64,000 bases of DNA, taken from assembly GCF_009914755.1 (NCBI RefSeq), contig NC_060931.1. One strand, written 5' to 3'. Shown piece after piece: positions 29,241 to 44,130 of the stretch (position 1 is the first letter of the stretch; every line of letters begins with the position of its first letter). The DNA comes from the human T2T-CHM13v2.0 reference genome, Homo sapiens. A program made the translations under genes and the position numbers. The notes below the pieces were generated by a model. That model made no database searches. It saw nothing but the letters and a program-made list of their open reading frames with translations, and was not told the origin of the DNA.

Positions 29241-29539
29241 AAAAGGTTCTATCATTTGAATCCACATTAATCTAAAAGTCATCTCTCATTTTGAGTAGAT
29301 ATTTACTGAGGAGTGTGTCCTCATCTAGCAAATGAAAGAAAACTGCAACCTTACTGAGCCAAAGCCATTGCCTTTATCTTTATTACATATATTGGTATGG
29401 CAAACATAAATGACTAAAATTAAACAATTCATTAATTCAACTTTTTTCCCTCAAATTCTTGCTAAGTTTACAACGTAATTTAATTTAAATGCATAAAGTT
29501 TTTATTTTTCCTAAGTAATAAAGATTCTGTCTAAATGTA

Positions 29540-29845
29540 CAGTCTGCCTCCAGAATCTGTTGGTTCCACAGTTAAGGATTCGAGCGTGGGTCAAAAACAT
29601 TTGAAAAACAAAACTAAACAATAAAAATACAAATTTATAAAAATACAGTGTAACTATATAGCATTTATATTGTATTAGGGACTGTATGTAATCTAAAGAT
29701 GATTTAACATATACAGGAAGATGTATATAGGTTATATGTAAACGTTATTTCATTTTATGTAACGGATTAGAGCACCCATAAATTGTGGTATTTGTAGAGC
29801 AGAAAGGTAGGTCCTGGAACCCCCATATAAATTGAGGGACAACTG
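29540..29845 (-). mobile_element. Tigger3a (MER7-type) MITE
   Basis: TA|CAGTC ... gagggacaactg|TA termini with TA target duplication. Confidence 0.75.
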
Positions 29846-30098
29846 TATATAGAAGTATAATTGCAGCCTGTTTCCATATTAAAATCATGTGATGAGAAAA
29901 TGACAATCACTTAAATGACATGATTGATATTGTACTGCAAATGTGACAATTGTCTAGATAAGAAATATTATCTAGACAAATGTCTAGATAAGAAATATTA
30001 AAAAGGTTCTCAACAACCTCCATTTTCCACCTAGTTTTTACAAAATGATAGAAAATAAAGAAAATTAAAATCAGCTATAATTTGTATGAATAGCTTAC

Positions 30099-30185
30099 CG
30101 AAGAGTCCTTTCACATGTAATCCCAAGAAAATCATGCAATAGTCTTTTAAAGAATATTCAGACACCATCCCAATATTTGTTCAAC
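30099..30185 (-). other. Candidate 87-nt exon, stops in all frames
   Basis: ttttcag acceptor and TCG|GTAAGC donor. Confidence 0.35.
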
Positions 30186-32278
30186 CTGAAAACTGCCATC
30201 AAACCCTATGTAATAAGCAAACTATTTTTCATTAATGTATATTCCTCTTGTATGAGAAATATACTTGCAATATTTATACATAAAATTTCCCTCTCATACA
30301 ACTTTCCCATTATGACTTATGAGGAGCCTGTTGAATATACATTGTTTAGCTTAGAGGTTCAAAATATTTTAAAAATACTAAGGATAAATTACATTTTGAA
30401 CAAAAACTCGATCATGTGACTTGTTTCAGAACTAAGTATATACCATATAATATTTTTTAAACAGTACATTTCTAGACAATATAGAAAAATAGATTCAAAT
30501 ATGTAATATAGAATCTTACGGTAGAGTCTACAGAATACATTTTAAAAATATTGCTTATGGCTTATTTTCTTCACTCCACTAGAAGGTCCCCTCTGCAGTG
30601 CTCATTTCTGCAACACTGTCTTTCTTTCCTGACAGAAGGCTGCTCACCACCAATTTCATCACTGTTGCTAACTCCAGCTCATCTAATCTCTGCAACATCT
30701 GCTACCAGCACCTTCTCTTGCCTCCTTTTGTGAACATAGTTTTTTCTTCTGGTTAGAAAATCAGTTCGAACTTCTTGAGTTTTGTGTTTTAAACTCTTCT
30801 CAACTGTTCCGATGATTGATGGATGGCCCAGAGGCGACCTCTTTATCTCCAGCAACATATTTGGCTGTTGGCCCGGTAGAGAGGTACTCCAGAAGCTTGC
30901 TGGTTCATCATGCTCTCATCTTTAACCACAACTATTTATCTGACTCCTTCCATCTCCACAGCACTGTGTGAGGGATCAGTGATAAGAGACGGTGAAAGAC
31001 ATGCGCAAATGGATAAATAATAAGCAGGATATGTAGAATGACACAACAATTGATGAGTAATTTAGGAGATCCAATAACTAAAAAAAAAAGACTGGGGACA
31101 AGTTCATGGAAAGAGTAATCAACTAAGCCTTATAACATAAAATTGACAAATAGAGAAGGCATGCAATCCAGTAGAATAGAGTGCAAAAGAGGTAGAAGAC
31201 TAATCGTTTCAAGACATGTTGAGCCACAACAGCAATAACATTGTGACAAAAAACGTCGGTGTAGACTGCAGAAGATCTTCAATGACGGATCAAGCTGTAT
31301 AGACTTTTTTTTACCCTCATATACTGAATAGTCATTTAAGGTATACAGTGCCAACGTAAGAGAGAAAGGTAAACTTTTTTTAACACAAGTTGTAGGCCTT
31401 GGAAAGAAGTTTTCCAGTAACAAGATAACACGATAATGTACTGTGGTTATAAGCTCAAAGTGGTATATTTGATTCAGTGTTCCCAGAACCACCAAAACCT
31501 TGGAACCATTGTTTAGCTAAAGCTACTAGAACAACAGAATAACCTACTCTGTGGCATTGTAAAGTAAAATTATACTACACACAAATACTTGACATAAAAT
31601 ACATTTCCAAACTCAATTATTAGGGATAACATAAGCACAAAATGATGCTTTGCAAACATCATGTATCCTATAACTGGAGAAAAAAAATTAATGACATGAA
31701 GTGAAATGACTGAGTTCTGAAGCTACATCTCAATTTAAATAGCATAAGCAATTTAGTATACAACATTCTTCAAAATCAATTGTTGAAGGTTAACTATAAT
31801 CTACATACAAAAACAACTTTGTCAACTTTTTGTACGGATTTTCCTTCTAAACATATTTACTTTATGTGTAAAATCAAAAAATTTCCTGAGTTAAAGGCTA
31901 AGACTTGACTTTATGAATACATGCCCAAAAATTGGTGGTGGCTGGTTTCTGTTTTTATTTTGTAAGCTTAGTATAATGGTTGTCCAGAACTTGTAAGCAA
32001 TGACCTCATTTCTAAGCGGACAAGATGCAAAAGACCATTTTTACAGATTAACCATCTGGTTCCTTTAGGAAGAGTAATATTTCAACAGGTTCCTGTATTT
32101 CAAGAATATAAATAATTAAAAAGATGAAGATATGTGAAATACACAAAGAAAAAAATAGAGAAAATAGCATTTAAAGCAAATTATCCTAGCTCCCTCAATT
32201 AATATTTTAAAACCATGACAATCAGTTATTAATATAAATTGTTAATTTTATTTAATACAACATCAATATAATTCATAC

Positions 32279-32347
32279 CATCTTCTTCAACTAGGTGGTC
32301 TATCATTTTGGAGTTTCTTTCCACCTCTGGAGAATTGCTCAGGAAAT
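32279..32347 (-). other. Candidate 69-nt exon
   Basis: tgttagccag acceptor and ATG|GTATGA donor; purine-rich; one open frame (FLSNSPEVERNSKMIDHLVEED). Confidence 0.3.
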
Positions 32348-33249
32348 CTGGCTAACATACCAAATAAATCAAATGGATTTAATGAGATGGTTTTTGGCTA
32401 GTTTCTATATTCTTGTATACACATGCATGTAACACATAAATGTGGTGCTGTTCACAGTTAGAGGCGCAAGAGAAAAAAGTAGCTTTCCAGTGTTATTTCA
32501 TTGTTATTAACTATACAGTATTCAGATGCAAACAAATGAAAATCCTGTATATTCACGCTAAAATATAATATGTATCAAAATAAGCATAAAATAACTGTTT
32601 TGGATAGGTCTTAGGATGCTGCTGTGGCTTAATTTGCTCTGTTTATGTTCTCTCCGCTTTTCTTTATTGCATGTGCTAGTTTTGATGTGTTGTTTGACTA
32701 ATATGTCATACGGTGAATTTACTGAGGTCTATAACAAAAGGCATGGATCCATACACTGGACACAACCTTGAGGGCATAAGGGAAAAAAAAAAGAAACTAA
32801 GTACCATAGAACAGCCTCAACAAAATCAGAGCATGCTTTACACGTGATTTTCAGTTACACCCTGCTTGTCATTTGTGATTACTCAAAACAATAATTAAAT
32901 TACGTCCTCCAGGAAACAGGAAGGAGTGGATAACCAAAATACATGAAAAGCCCCTACAGTCCCTGTTTGTTCAGAGTATAGATCAGCATTCTTTAGGAGT
33001 TCCATTCTTTTATTACAGGAATGAATATTGGGTTGAACACGCTTATATGCATTTAGAGGTAATGTGATGTATGAAAACAAGTACTGCAGAGGTTTCCTCT
33101 GTAGAACTGTACTTTTAAGAGGAGCAGCCACCATAATCTTCTTGTAAAGGTAAACTGGATCATGTCATTTTCAAATAAAGTCTTCTCTCACTTCATTTTC
33201 CCCTTAAAACAATATATAAATGATAATAGTAGCAACGGTAACAGTAGAA

Positions 33250-33720
33250 GTGGTAAACTCAACATAAAAAGCCTACAAGGCTCTTTCCTTGTCTCTTGCT
33301 ACTCCCACTTCCACTCCATTTGCATCTCCAACCACAGATGCTTTCTTTCTGTGCCCCAATGAAGCTCTTTATGTGCCTTTCACATACTGTTACTTCTGGT
33401 TTGTTCTTTAAATAGATAATTATTTATTGCCCTTAAAGACTTAAGTTAAATACCACATCTGCCAAGAGATTTCACTTACTGCCTTCCACTCCCAATCTAA
33501 GTCACTTTCTCTGGCTCTCTTATATAAGCACAGTTATGTTTTCCTTAGAATATTCATCACAATTTGACATTTTAATTTGCATTCATTTACTTTTTATCCC
33601 CAACTGGACAATATGCTCCTTGGAAATAGGAAATCATACTTGCTCAGTTCAACTCCCTGTATCTAGTGACTATATCATGACAGGCATTTATTATTTGGTA
33701 AATAAACTAGAGAATTTAGG
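33250..33720 (+). mobile_element. L2 fragment
   Basis: Pyrimidine-rich L2 3' region texture; boundaries approximate. Confidence 0.5.
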
Positions 33721-34681
33721 AATAAAAGACTAATCATATCTTCCCACTTATAAATTCCTTACTACCTTCAGTTCAGTATATAGTATAAACTATTTTTGGA
33801 TATTTACTGAAAACTGGGAAGAAGTGAGAGAGGTCCCTTTAAAACTGTCTACCACCCTGATCTATCTCTGGAGAGCTCTATCTTCAAAGCTGGTAAGGTC
33901 TGTGAAATACTTCAAATTGCTGAGAAAAACGGAGGAGGAAAATAGCAAGACTGATAGCAAAGCCTTGTCCTTTAAGAATCAGTAAAAAGTGCCTGTGAAT
34001 GGGGGGAGTAGGAGAGGTGCCTCTCCCCAAGTTAGCTCTTTACTTAACTTTTTAACAACCTCTTCCAGGTATTTGGTGGGTATCATTAAAGTTAGATGTT
34101 TGGTTCACCTGTAAGGTATGTTGCAAAATTCTAGTACAGATAATTACAATAAACATACCCAATCTTTTCCCTTAATTTCAAAGGAAAACATTTTTTCTTT
34201 TCATGTTAATAAAACAATCCTCCCATTATGTGTTGAGCAGCTCCACACCCACACTGATCTGCCCTACAGATGCCAGGATTTCAATAGTGGTGACTTCATC
34301 CTTTTTACACATTCCTTTCAAAGTAGGATGAAAGCTTTGAGAGGTGAAAATGTTAGAATACGTTGCATTTTGTATTTGTAAGTTATAAGCTGAAAAATGT
34401 CATGAGATAAATTTACCTTTATAAGGGAAGGGAAAAAGTATATAAAACTACATAAATCCTTTCCTAAGGGGATGTCTTTCAGACATTAGGTATTAGCCCT
34501 TTGTCAAACTTAAAAATCTCAGTCTTTTATCTCACCTTTCCTTAGAAGAATATTAATTAGTAGAGACCATTTTGAATCAACTAGCATCTATATTCACTAT
34601 TGACATGACCTCAGGCAAATCAAACTGCAAGTTTCCCTATTTCCATTTGTAAAATAAAGGGGGAAATCATAGGGTTATTTT

Positions 34682-34900
34682 TTTTCCATTTATATATCTT
34701 GTTTGAAAGAATGTCTACTCATATCCTTTGTCGCTTTTTTTTTTATTTTATTATTATTATACTTTAAGTTTTAGGGTACATGTGCACAATGTGCAGGTTA
34801 GTTACATATGTATACATGTGCCATGCTGGGGTGCTGCACCCATTAACTCGTCATTTAGCATTAGGTATATCTCCTAATGCTATCCCTCCCCCCTCCCCCC
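34682..34900 (-). mobile_element. 5'-truncated young L1PA 3' end (34735-34900) with 49-bp 3' transduction (34686-34734)
   Basis: tatactttaagttttagggtacatgtgcac L1PA 3' end; two poly-T tracts; 16-bp TSD ATCA(T/A)AGGGTTATTTT at 34666-34681 and 34901-34916. Confidence 0.85.
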
Positions 34901-34940
34901 ATCAAAGGGTTATTTTAAAGAGAAAAGAACTGCATAGTAC

Positions 34941-36124
<1,184 letters not shown>

Positions 36125-36725
36125 TGTTGTGGCTGTTTCTAAGAGAAAGCATTCTCTTAAGTTTGTGTGGCATAACAGGTTTTTAAACTTTTAATTCTTT
36201 TTAACCAAATTTAGAAGTCAGGGAAGGCTTAGCAGGAACGATATCTCCTTTCAAGGTGAACCAAGATTCTCTGAGTAAAATAACAGGACACCCAAAGTTC
36301 AGTTTTAGAAGTTCTACATTAGCTCCTCATTAAAAATAAATAAAAAGTCTAATTTATCTCCAAAAAGGAAGATATTAAATTAAGAAATTTTTGAGGAATG
36401 GTGATTTTCTTACTTTTGAATATATGAATACTTCTTAGTTTTATTATATGAAGGAAATCCCTAACTTCAAGCCAAACCTAATTTTTTAAAAATTCCAAAT
36501 TTGCTATGTCTGTCTATATTTATAGACGAATTAGATACTTGAAATTAAAAGAGAAATTTAAGTGATCTTTAAAAATTATAAATGGCCAGGAGAGCACACG
36601 AACAATAAAGGGGAGAAAGATTCTGGAAACCTAGAAATATGATTTTAGTCTTTGAATCTCTGCAGACCCTTCATAAAAACAGAAAAAGCAAGGAGGATAT
36701 CAAAGCCAAAAACCTATAGACATTA

Positions 36726-36969
<244 letters not shown>

Positions 36970-37325
36970 TCATCATCAGATACTTTCTGGATACCTTAGC
37001 AGGCCATTCCATTCTGGGAATAGCAACAGAAACTAGGAGAAGCCTTTGTAGGCTTTAATTCAAAGTTGAAAACAAGGAAGCCACATGAACGTTCTCTGCT
37101 AGGGATAACTGGGGGTCTGGGTCCAAAGCACATTCAAAACCAATAAACAGAAGCACCGTAGTATGTTAAAGCACCAGCCTGAGAAGTCTAGATGGACCAA
37201 GGGAGGTGCACTAGGAATAAAGGAAAGAGAAAGTACAGGCAAAGGACGGCCACGGAGGTGTTATTTTGACTCATCCCTTCCTCCTAAAACTAGATAAAAC
37301 TCTTCTACTTAAAAAGGAACAATAG

Positions 37326-37620
37326 GGCTAGGTGCAGTGGTCATGCCTGTATTTCCGCCCTTTGGGAGGCCAACGTGAGAGGATCACTTGAGGCCAGGAG
37401 TTTGAGACCAGCCTGGGCAACATGTGGAGACTCCTGTCTCTACAAAAAGGAAAAAAAAAATTAGCTGGGCATTGCAGTGTGTGCCTGTGGTCCCAGCTAC
37501 TCAGGAAGATGAGATGGGAGGATCGCTTGAGCCCAGCAGGCCAAGGCCAAGGCTGCAATGAGCCATGATAGTACCAAGACCCTGTCTCGGAAAAAAACAA
37601 AAACAAAAACAAACAAAAAA
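37326..37620 (+). mobile_element. AluJ element
   Basis: Diverged dimer with ggaggatcgcttgagccc. Confidence 0.88.
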
Positions 37621-37659
37621 TATATATATATGAATGACAGAAAGAAAGAAAAAAAAAGA

Positions 37660-38500
37660 CTAAACAGCAAAATAATGTACCTACAGAAACCCATGCACAT
37701 CAGAAAGACCCAGTCATAAAATAAATGAAGACTGTAACCCAATATTTAATAAGCTAAAAGAAATTAAGAAAATGACAGAACTATAAAAGTCAGACTTGGA
37801 ATAAGTTAGAAACAAGGCGAGAAAATTTAAAAAATATTTCAGAAATGAAGACTAAATTAGAAAAAACACAAAAGGTAATGACTGAACAGAAATAAAAGAC
37901 GGGAAGTAAGAAAATTAAAAAGAAATTAAGAGATTAGAAAAACTCAGGAGAATGTAATAGCTGTGGATGGCCAAAGAACATGTAAGCTTCATCCAACAGG
38001 AATCTCTGAAGAAAACTGAAGTAACCAAACAGAAAAAAACTAAAGAAATAATGTCAAATAAAAAGATTCGAAACTACACAGAAGCATCCACTATGTACCT
38101 AGCAATATCAGCCAAAATGACTATAATTAAGAAAACTGTAGTAAAACAAATGGACTTTAAAGGAAAAGAATTATTTGAGCATCCAGGCAAATAGACTAAA
38201 TCACTTATAAGACAAAGAAAGTCAGATTTTCATCACACTTGACCAAAACACTTTATGACAAAAGAAAATAGACTGGCATATCGAAGATACTCAACAAAAA
38301 ATTACTGAATTAAGATTGCTTTTAATCTAGCCAAAACCACCTTGAAGATTTTGAGCAAAAGAATAATTTTATTCACATCGAAGAACTTGGGAATACTGTG
38401 CCCATGAGCCCTCACTAGAGCATCTATTGGAGGATTAGTTCCAGAAAACCAAAATGATTTTTAAGGTATCAACATAAGGATTGTAGTGGCTATCACATAT
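37660..38500 (+). mobile_element. Ancient L1M/HAL1 ORF1-like fragment
   Basis: A-rich coiled-coil-like region followed by ORF1 C-terminal-like sequence; boundaries approximate. Confidence 0.45.
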
Positions 38501-38789
38501 ATATTTACTTATATGACTAAGAATAAACAATTGTTTAAGGGAGATAGTAGGTAATGACATGAATGTAAGAATATATACAGTAAGAAAGTTCACTGTCATC
38601 TTTCAGCTATAAACTTTAAATTAAAGCATACTAATTCAAATTAGATTCTTTAGAAAGGAGGAGGTAGAAGACACTGGTTAATTTGTTAATTTTAACAACT
38701 CATGTATCCAGTACAGCACTGAAGTATGGGAACTAACAGTCTGTACTATCTAATACTGTCACACCACTCTGCCAACTTATCACTGAAAG

Positions 38790-39005
38790 TTTAATTATAG
38801 TTCAAATGCATTGAAAACGTACTGCATGCCAGATGCTTCTCTAAGCACTTTAAATATATTCATTTTATTCAACTCACCCAGCAACTTTAGAACATAGATG
38901 TTATTAACAGTTTCAATTTACAGATAAGGAAATTAGGAAACAGAGCTAACATCCAAAGTGCAAGCAGTCTGATATCAGAGCCTGTTCTCTTTCCAACTGT
39001 GCTAT
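38790..39005 (-). mobile_element. MIR
   Basis: tgccagatgcttctctaagcacttt...tttacagataaggaaatt. Confidence 0.7.
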
Positions 39006-39007
39006 CA

Positions 39008-39175
<168 letters not shown>

Positions 39176-39856
39176 CTAAAATCAACTTTTACCCTCTACT
39201 TTTGATGAGAATTATGTACGTTGTCAAAAGGTCATCACATATTGAACATAAACTTGGATTAGAAGTTATATATTTTAATGAAAACAGAAATTAATTAAAA
39301 TGTACAAAAATAAGTGTGGCAAAGAAAATACTTGAAAGTTGTCATAAAAATGATTAATGGCAGTGCTTGGTGGTAAAATTATAAAGAGTTCCTATAGACA
39401 CCCTCACACTTATTGCATCTTCTATTTGCCTAGCCCTAATATTAGATATGAGTTTAACTAGGAAGTTGGTCACTTCACATTTACTCGCTTTTCCAATATC
39501 ATGATTATTTCACCTTTTGTCATCATGTCTCTTATTTCCCCCTCCCTCTTCATAATCTCTCTAATCTTCACAGAGTCTACAAACTTTACTAAGCATCTAG
39601 CATGTGCTGGCCACTATGCCTCTTAAGACAAGTCTCAGCCTTATGCTGGGGAATGCAGGCATCAGGCAGGGCTTCCTAAAGGTCGTCACACATGGACACT
39701 GGAAAAAAATCCACAAAAGGAATGAAAAGGGGGATGGAGTATGTTTCAGATCCTAAGTGCTGGCAGACCAAAGGATCTCATTGAGGCAAAATAATAAGAA
39801 CATTATGATTAAGGGATTTTTATGGGTTTTTTTCCAAGAAAGATATCTTTATACTA

Positions 39857-40027
<171 letters not shown>

Positions 40028-40083
40028 TTAAGTTTCAAACAAAACATGTAACAAGGCCCTAGGATGCTGAAACATAAACTTAC

Positions 40084-40243
40084 CTGATGTTCTTAGCTGT
40101 TGACCAAGAATAGGGAGGTTTTGATTTCAGGCCAAGTGGAGTAATCTGTGTACACACTGAGATGGCCTTGATTCAGTTTACTACCCAAGTCCATAAACCT
40201 ATCCATTGAACACTTTGTGGGTGAAGAACCAGCCATTGTGCAA
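40084..40243 (-). other. Candidate 160-nt exon, non-coding or poison
   Basis: tcttatttctgttag acceptor and perfect CAG|GTAAGT donor; stops in all three frames. Confidence 0.4.
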
Positions 40244-41606
40244 CTAACAGAAATAAGATATTTTAGGATGCATTCGGAAGGGAGTAGAGGTGACAACCAT
40301 TTGAAGTTCAACAATTCAATCTTTCCATGTTTATAAGGAGTCTCCCAGAACCTAACAGATTTCCACTTCTTAAACAGATTCACTCTTTAGGCCATAGGTT
40401 ATCTCCTGTGCACAGATTCAATGTGCCATCCAGTGCCTTGGTTAAGTACATTGTGTTCCTTGACATTCCTCTAGATTTTCAATTCAGTACAATTAAGTTC
40501 CTGTTTTGACTATTGCACTAACAAGTAAAAACAACTGAAAGAATTTTCTTCACATCTGGAAGACTTGAGATGGTCCGATTTAAAATTTATAAACTATGTA
40601 ACACAGTGATAGTCACCTCTGGAAACCCTGGATGCATTCTTCCAAAAGATATGAAGTCCTCCTCTATAGCAGGCAAATCAGAAGGTACCCTGATTCAAGG
40701 TAACTTGACCTCTTGTTATCATGATACAAAGTTCAACCATGGGCTGAAATCTGAGTAGAATTTTTCTTAATCCACATCTTTCTGTCTTATAATTAACAGC
40801 GGTTCTTCAAAGTTTCAGGCATCCTATATGGAAATTGCCTATATAGCTGCCAGTTAAAGAGCCATTACATAGCATTATATCATGGATAAAGAAAACAAAG
40901 CCTGATTTTAAGATAGGATTCCTGAATCAAAAGTATGTTTGATTAACTTTTGACCCAACTGCTTCTTACCTGAGCAACTCTGTAAAATAGGGCCCATATA
41001 AATCACTGATGTAGCAATAGCTACTAATTATTTCAAGCAAAGCTAGGGAGAATAGGTTATTGAAAATAATACCACCAGTTAATAGCACTGCTATTACTAC
41101 CTCCTACTTAACAAGAATATTATGCATTCCAGGAGCTATATGGTATATATGAATACTAATGCTCATGATGACCCTACAAGATCAGTATCATTCTGCATCT
41201 ATGTAACAGGTTCAGGAAGCTTGAATTCAGAGAAGTAATTTGCCCAAGACTACAGGGACATGAGTAGTAGAAAAAGGATTCAAATCCAAAAAAATAAATC
41301 TGTAATTCTAAGTTACGTGGTGCTAATAAAAGTCAACATAATTAAAAACACAAATGAATGTTTTAGACAGTAAATGCTACAGAACATCATTGTGGAGAGA
41401 GAAACTGGAGACAAGATCAGATAACTCTATAATACAATGAGCTAGGAGCTCACTCTTGAAAGGGGAATAGATTTTGCTTAGGAGTGGGAGAAAGGAGCTT
41501 TGCAAACAATCAAAATGATAAGAAGGAAACAACATTTTAATGTGTATTGAGGTAGGTAGTCACATAAACGTAGTGTGACCAACAACCAAGAGAATTACTT
41601 GAAAGC

Positions 41607-41970
41607 TATATTAGTTTGTTTTCACACTCCTGATAAAGATATACCAGAGACTGGGCAATTTACAAAAGAAAGAATTTTATTGGACTTACAGTTCCATGTG
41701 GCTGGGGAGGCCTCACAATCATGGCAGAAGGTGAAAGGCACATCTCACATGACAGCAGACATGCGTCTGCTTATGCAGGGAAGAGAAGAGAGCTTGTGCA
41801 GGGAAACTCCTCTTTTTAAAACTATCAGATCTCATGAGACTTACTCACTATCATGAGAACAGCATGGGAAAGACCTGCCCCCATGATTCAATTACCTCCC
41901 ACTGGGTCCCTCCCACAACACATGAGAATTCAAGATGAGATTTGGGTGGGGACACAGCCAAACCATGTCA
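41607..41970 (-). mobile_element. THE1B-like MaLR solo LTR
   Basis: tattagtttgttttcacact...gggacacagccaaaccatgtca; 5-bp TSD AAAG(C/A). Confidence 0.9.
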
Positions 41971-42492
41971 AAAGACATAAAATGATTTAGTAGTGAGTTC
42001 TAAAGTGGGATACTTAGTGAGATCAAATCAAAGGGATCCCTTGCTGTCTTGGACACTAGAGTGTCCTAGGACTTTCATTTAGAAGTTAACTCATAAAAGC
42101 AGTGGCTTTTGAAAACAGAGTTAACCCAAACTTATACATCATGAAATTACATGTTTAGAGAAATCTGGGCTTTGTAATATCTTAGGCTAAGGCCCCAACA
42201 GTTTTATTTCTGAAAGCTCCTCATGAAAACATTAGGACAATCAAGAAATTTAATGTACAAAGTAATCTGCAAATGCAACAATTAATGTGATGGTGCCACA
42301 AACATTTATATAAATTTGTAAAATAATGCATAACATTAAGAATAATTTTTAAATACAAAACAGCATATGTAGGTTTTCCTTGCCTTGTTTCATCATATAT
42401 CCCTCTTTATAAAATTCTAAGCGCTACCCAACATGTGTACAGTAATAAAACTGATATATTACTACCAACTTACAAAAATGAAATATTTTTAA

Positions 42493-42824
<332 letters not shown>

Positions 42825-42879
42825 TTATCCTATGCCATGTTTCAGTTACCCTAAATAGAACACATTTGTTGTTTAGGAG

Positions 42880-44130
42880 TCCTTCATTGCCACATAAATT
42901 TTTACCATCATTTCCACAAAAACATCTGTTGAGTTTGGTATAGAAATGACATCTTTAAAATAACAAGCCTTCCAAATGAACATGATTTGTCCCCTGTGTC
43001 CTGAAATCTTTGTTTCAATAGTGCTTTGTAGTTTCCAGTGCAGACCCCTTTCATCTTTTGTTAGATTTATTCTTGTTTGTTGACACCACTATAAATTGAT
43101 TTTTAATTTCCTATTTGTTGTTATGTATAAAAATACATTTTGATACAGACCTTGTATAGTCAGTAACCTTGCTACATTTACTTATAAACTGATGTTTTAT
43201 AGATTTTAACTTCTTGGTATATACAAACATGCTGATGAGTGATAAAGTTTTATTTCTTTCCAAGCTATAATTTTATCTGATAATGAAAAATTTTAAATAT
43301 TGGCTCTATGCTCATGGAAAAAAAAGTTAGCCTGTAATTCTACTTACTTATAAGGCCCTGTCATATTGTCATTAAGTAATTATACTATTCGCACATAATG
43401 AGTTGGTAAGTGTTTTTCCTACTCTCTAGAAAGTGTGCAAGATTGGTGTCATGTCTTCTTTTGAGTGGTTTTGTAGAATTCACTGGTAAAAGCCAACTGC
43501 TTCTTTGTGGGAGAGCTTTTAATAAAAATTCAGTATCTTAAATTGATGAATGATTATTCACATTCTCTATTTTCTGTCTCAGGTTAGTAAGGTGTATTTC
43601 CCTAAGGATGTGTTCATTTCATCTAAATTCTTATTAACAGTAGCATAACGTTGTTCGTAACATCTTAATATCTGTACAATTGTATTGATTCTTTTTCATT
43701 TCTGATACTGACTGAGCATTCAATATTTTTCATAATCACTCTTGCCAAGGTCTTACCAGTTTTATTACTGTCATCCGAGGAAATCATGATTGATTCTGTC
43801 TTATATGTTTGTTTTCTAGTTTATGAGTTCTTAACATTTTCTTCAGTATTTTCTTCCTTCCACTATCTTTTGAGTTTTGTTTGCTGCTTCTCTTTTTAAA
43901 AATGTTTAAGTTGCTGACTCTCTTCCTTTTTTCTATTTATATTTAAGGCTCTAAATTTTCCTCTAATAACAGTTTTAGCTGTATCTCAAACACTGTGATA
44001 TTTTCACTCAATTTAAATGACTTCATATTTAGTTTAAAATATTTCATTCCTTTTCACTCGCTTTCATTTAGAATCATATTATTAGAAACATCTAATTTCT
44101 ATTGTGGTTTCTTATTTCCTCTATGGATTA
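42880..44130 (-). mobile_element. Ancient L1M ORF2 fragment
   Basis: tagaattcactggtaaa, tgttcatttcatctaaatt and aaattttcctctaa are antisense L1 motifs. Confidence 0.6.

Noticed and set aside
30560-30960. GC-elevated segment as a processed pseudogene
   Set aside because: No sustained open frame, recognisable parent, poly(A) or TSD; it may be an old repeat
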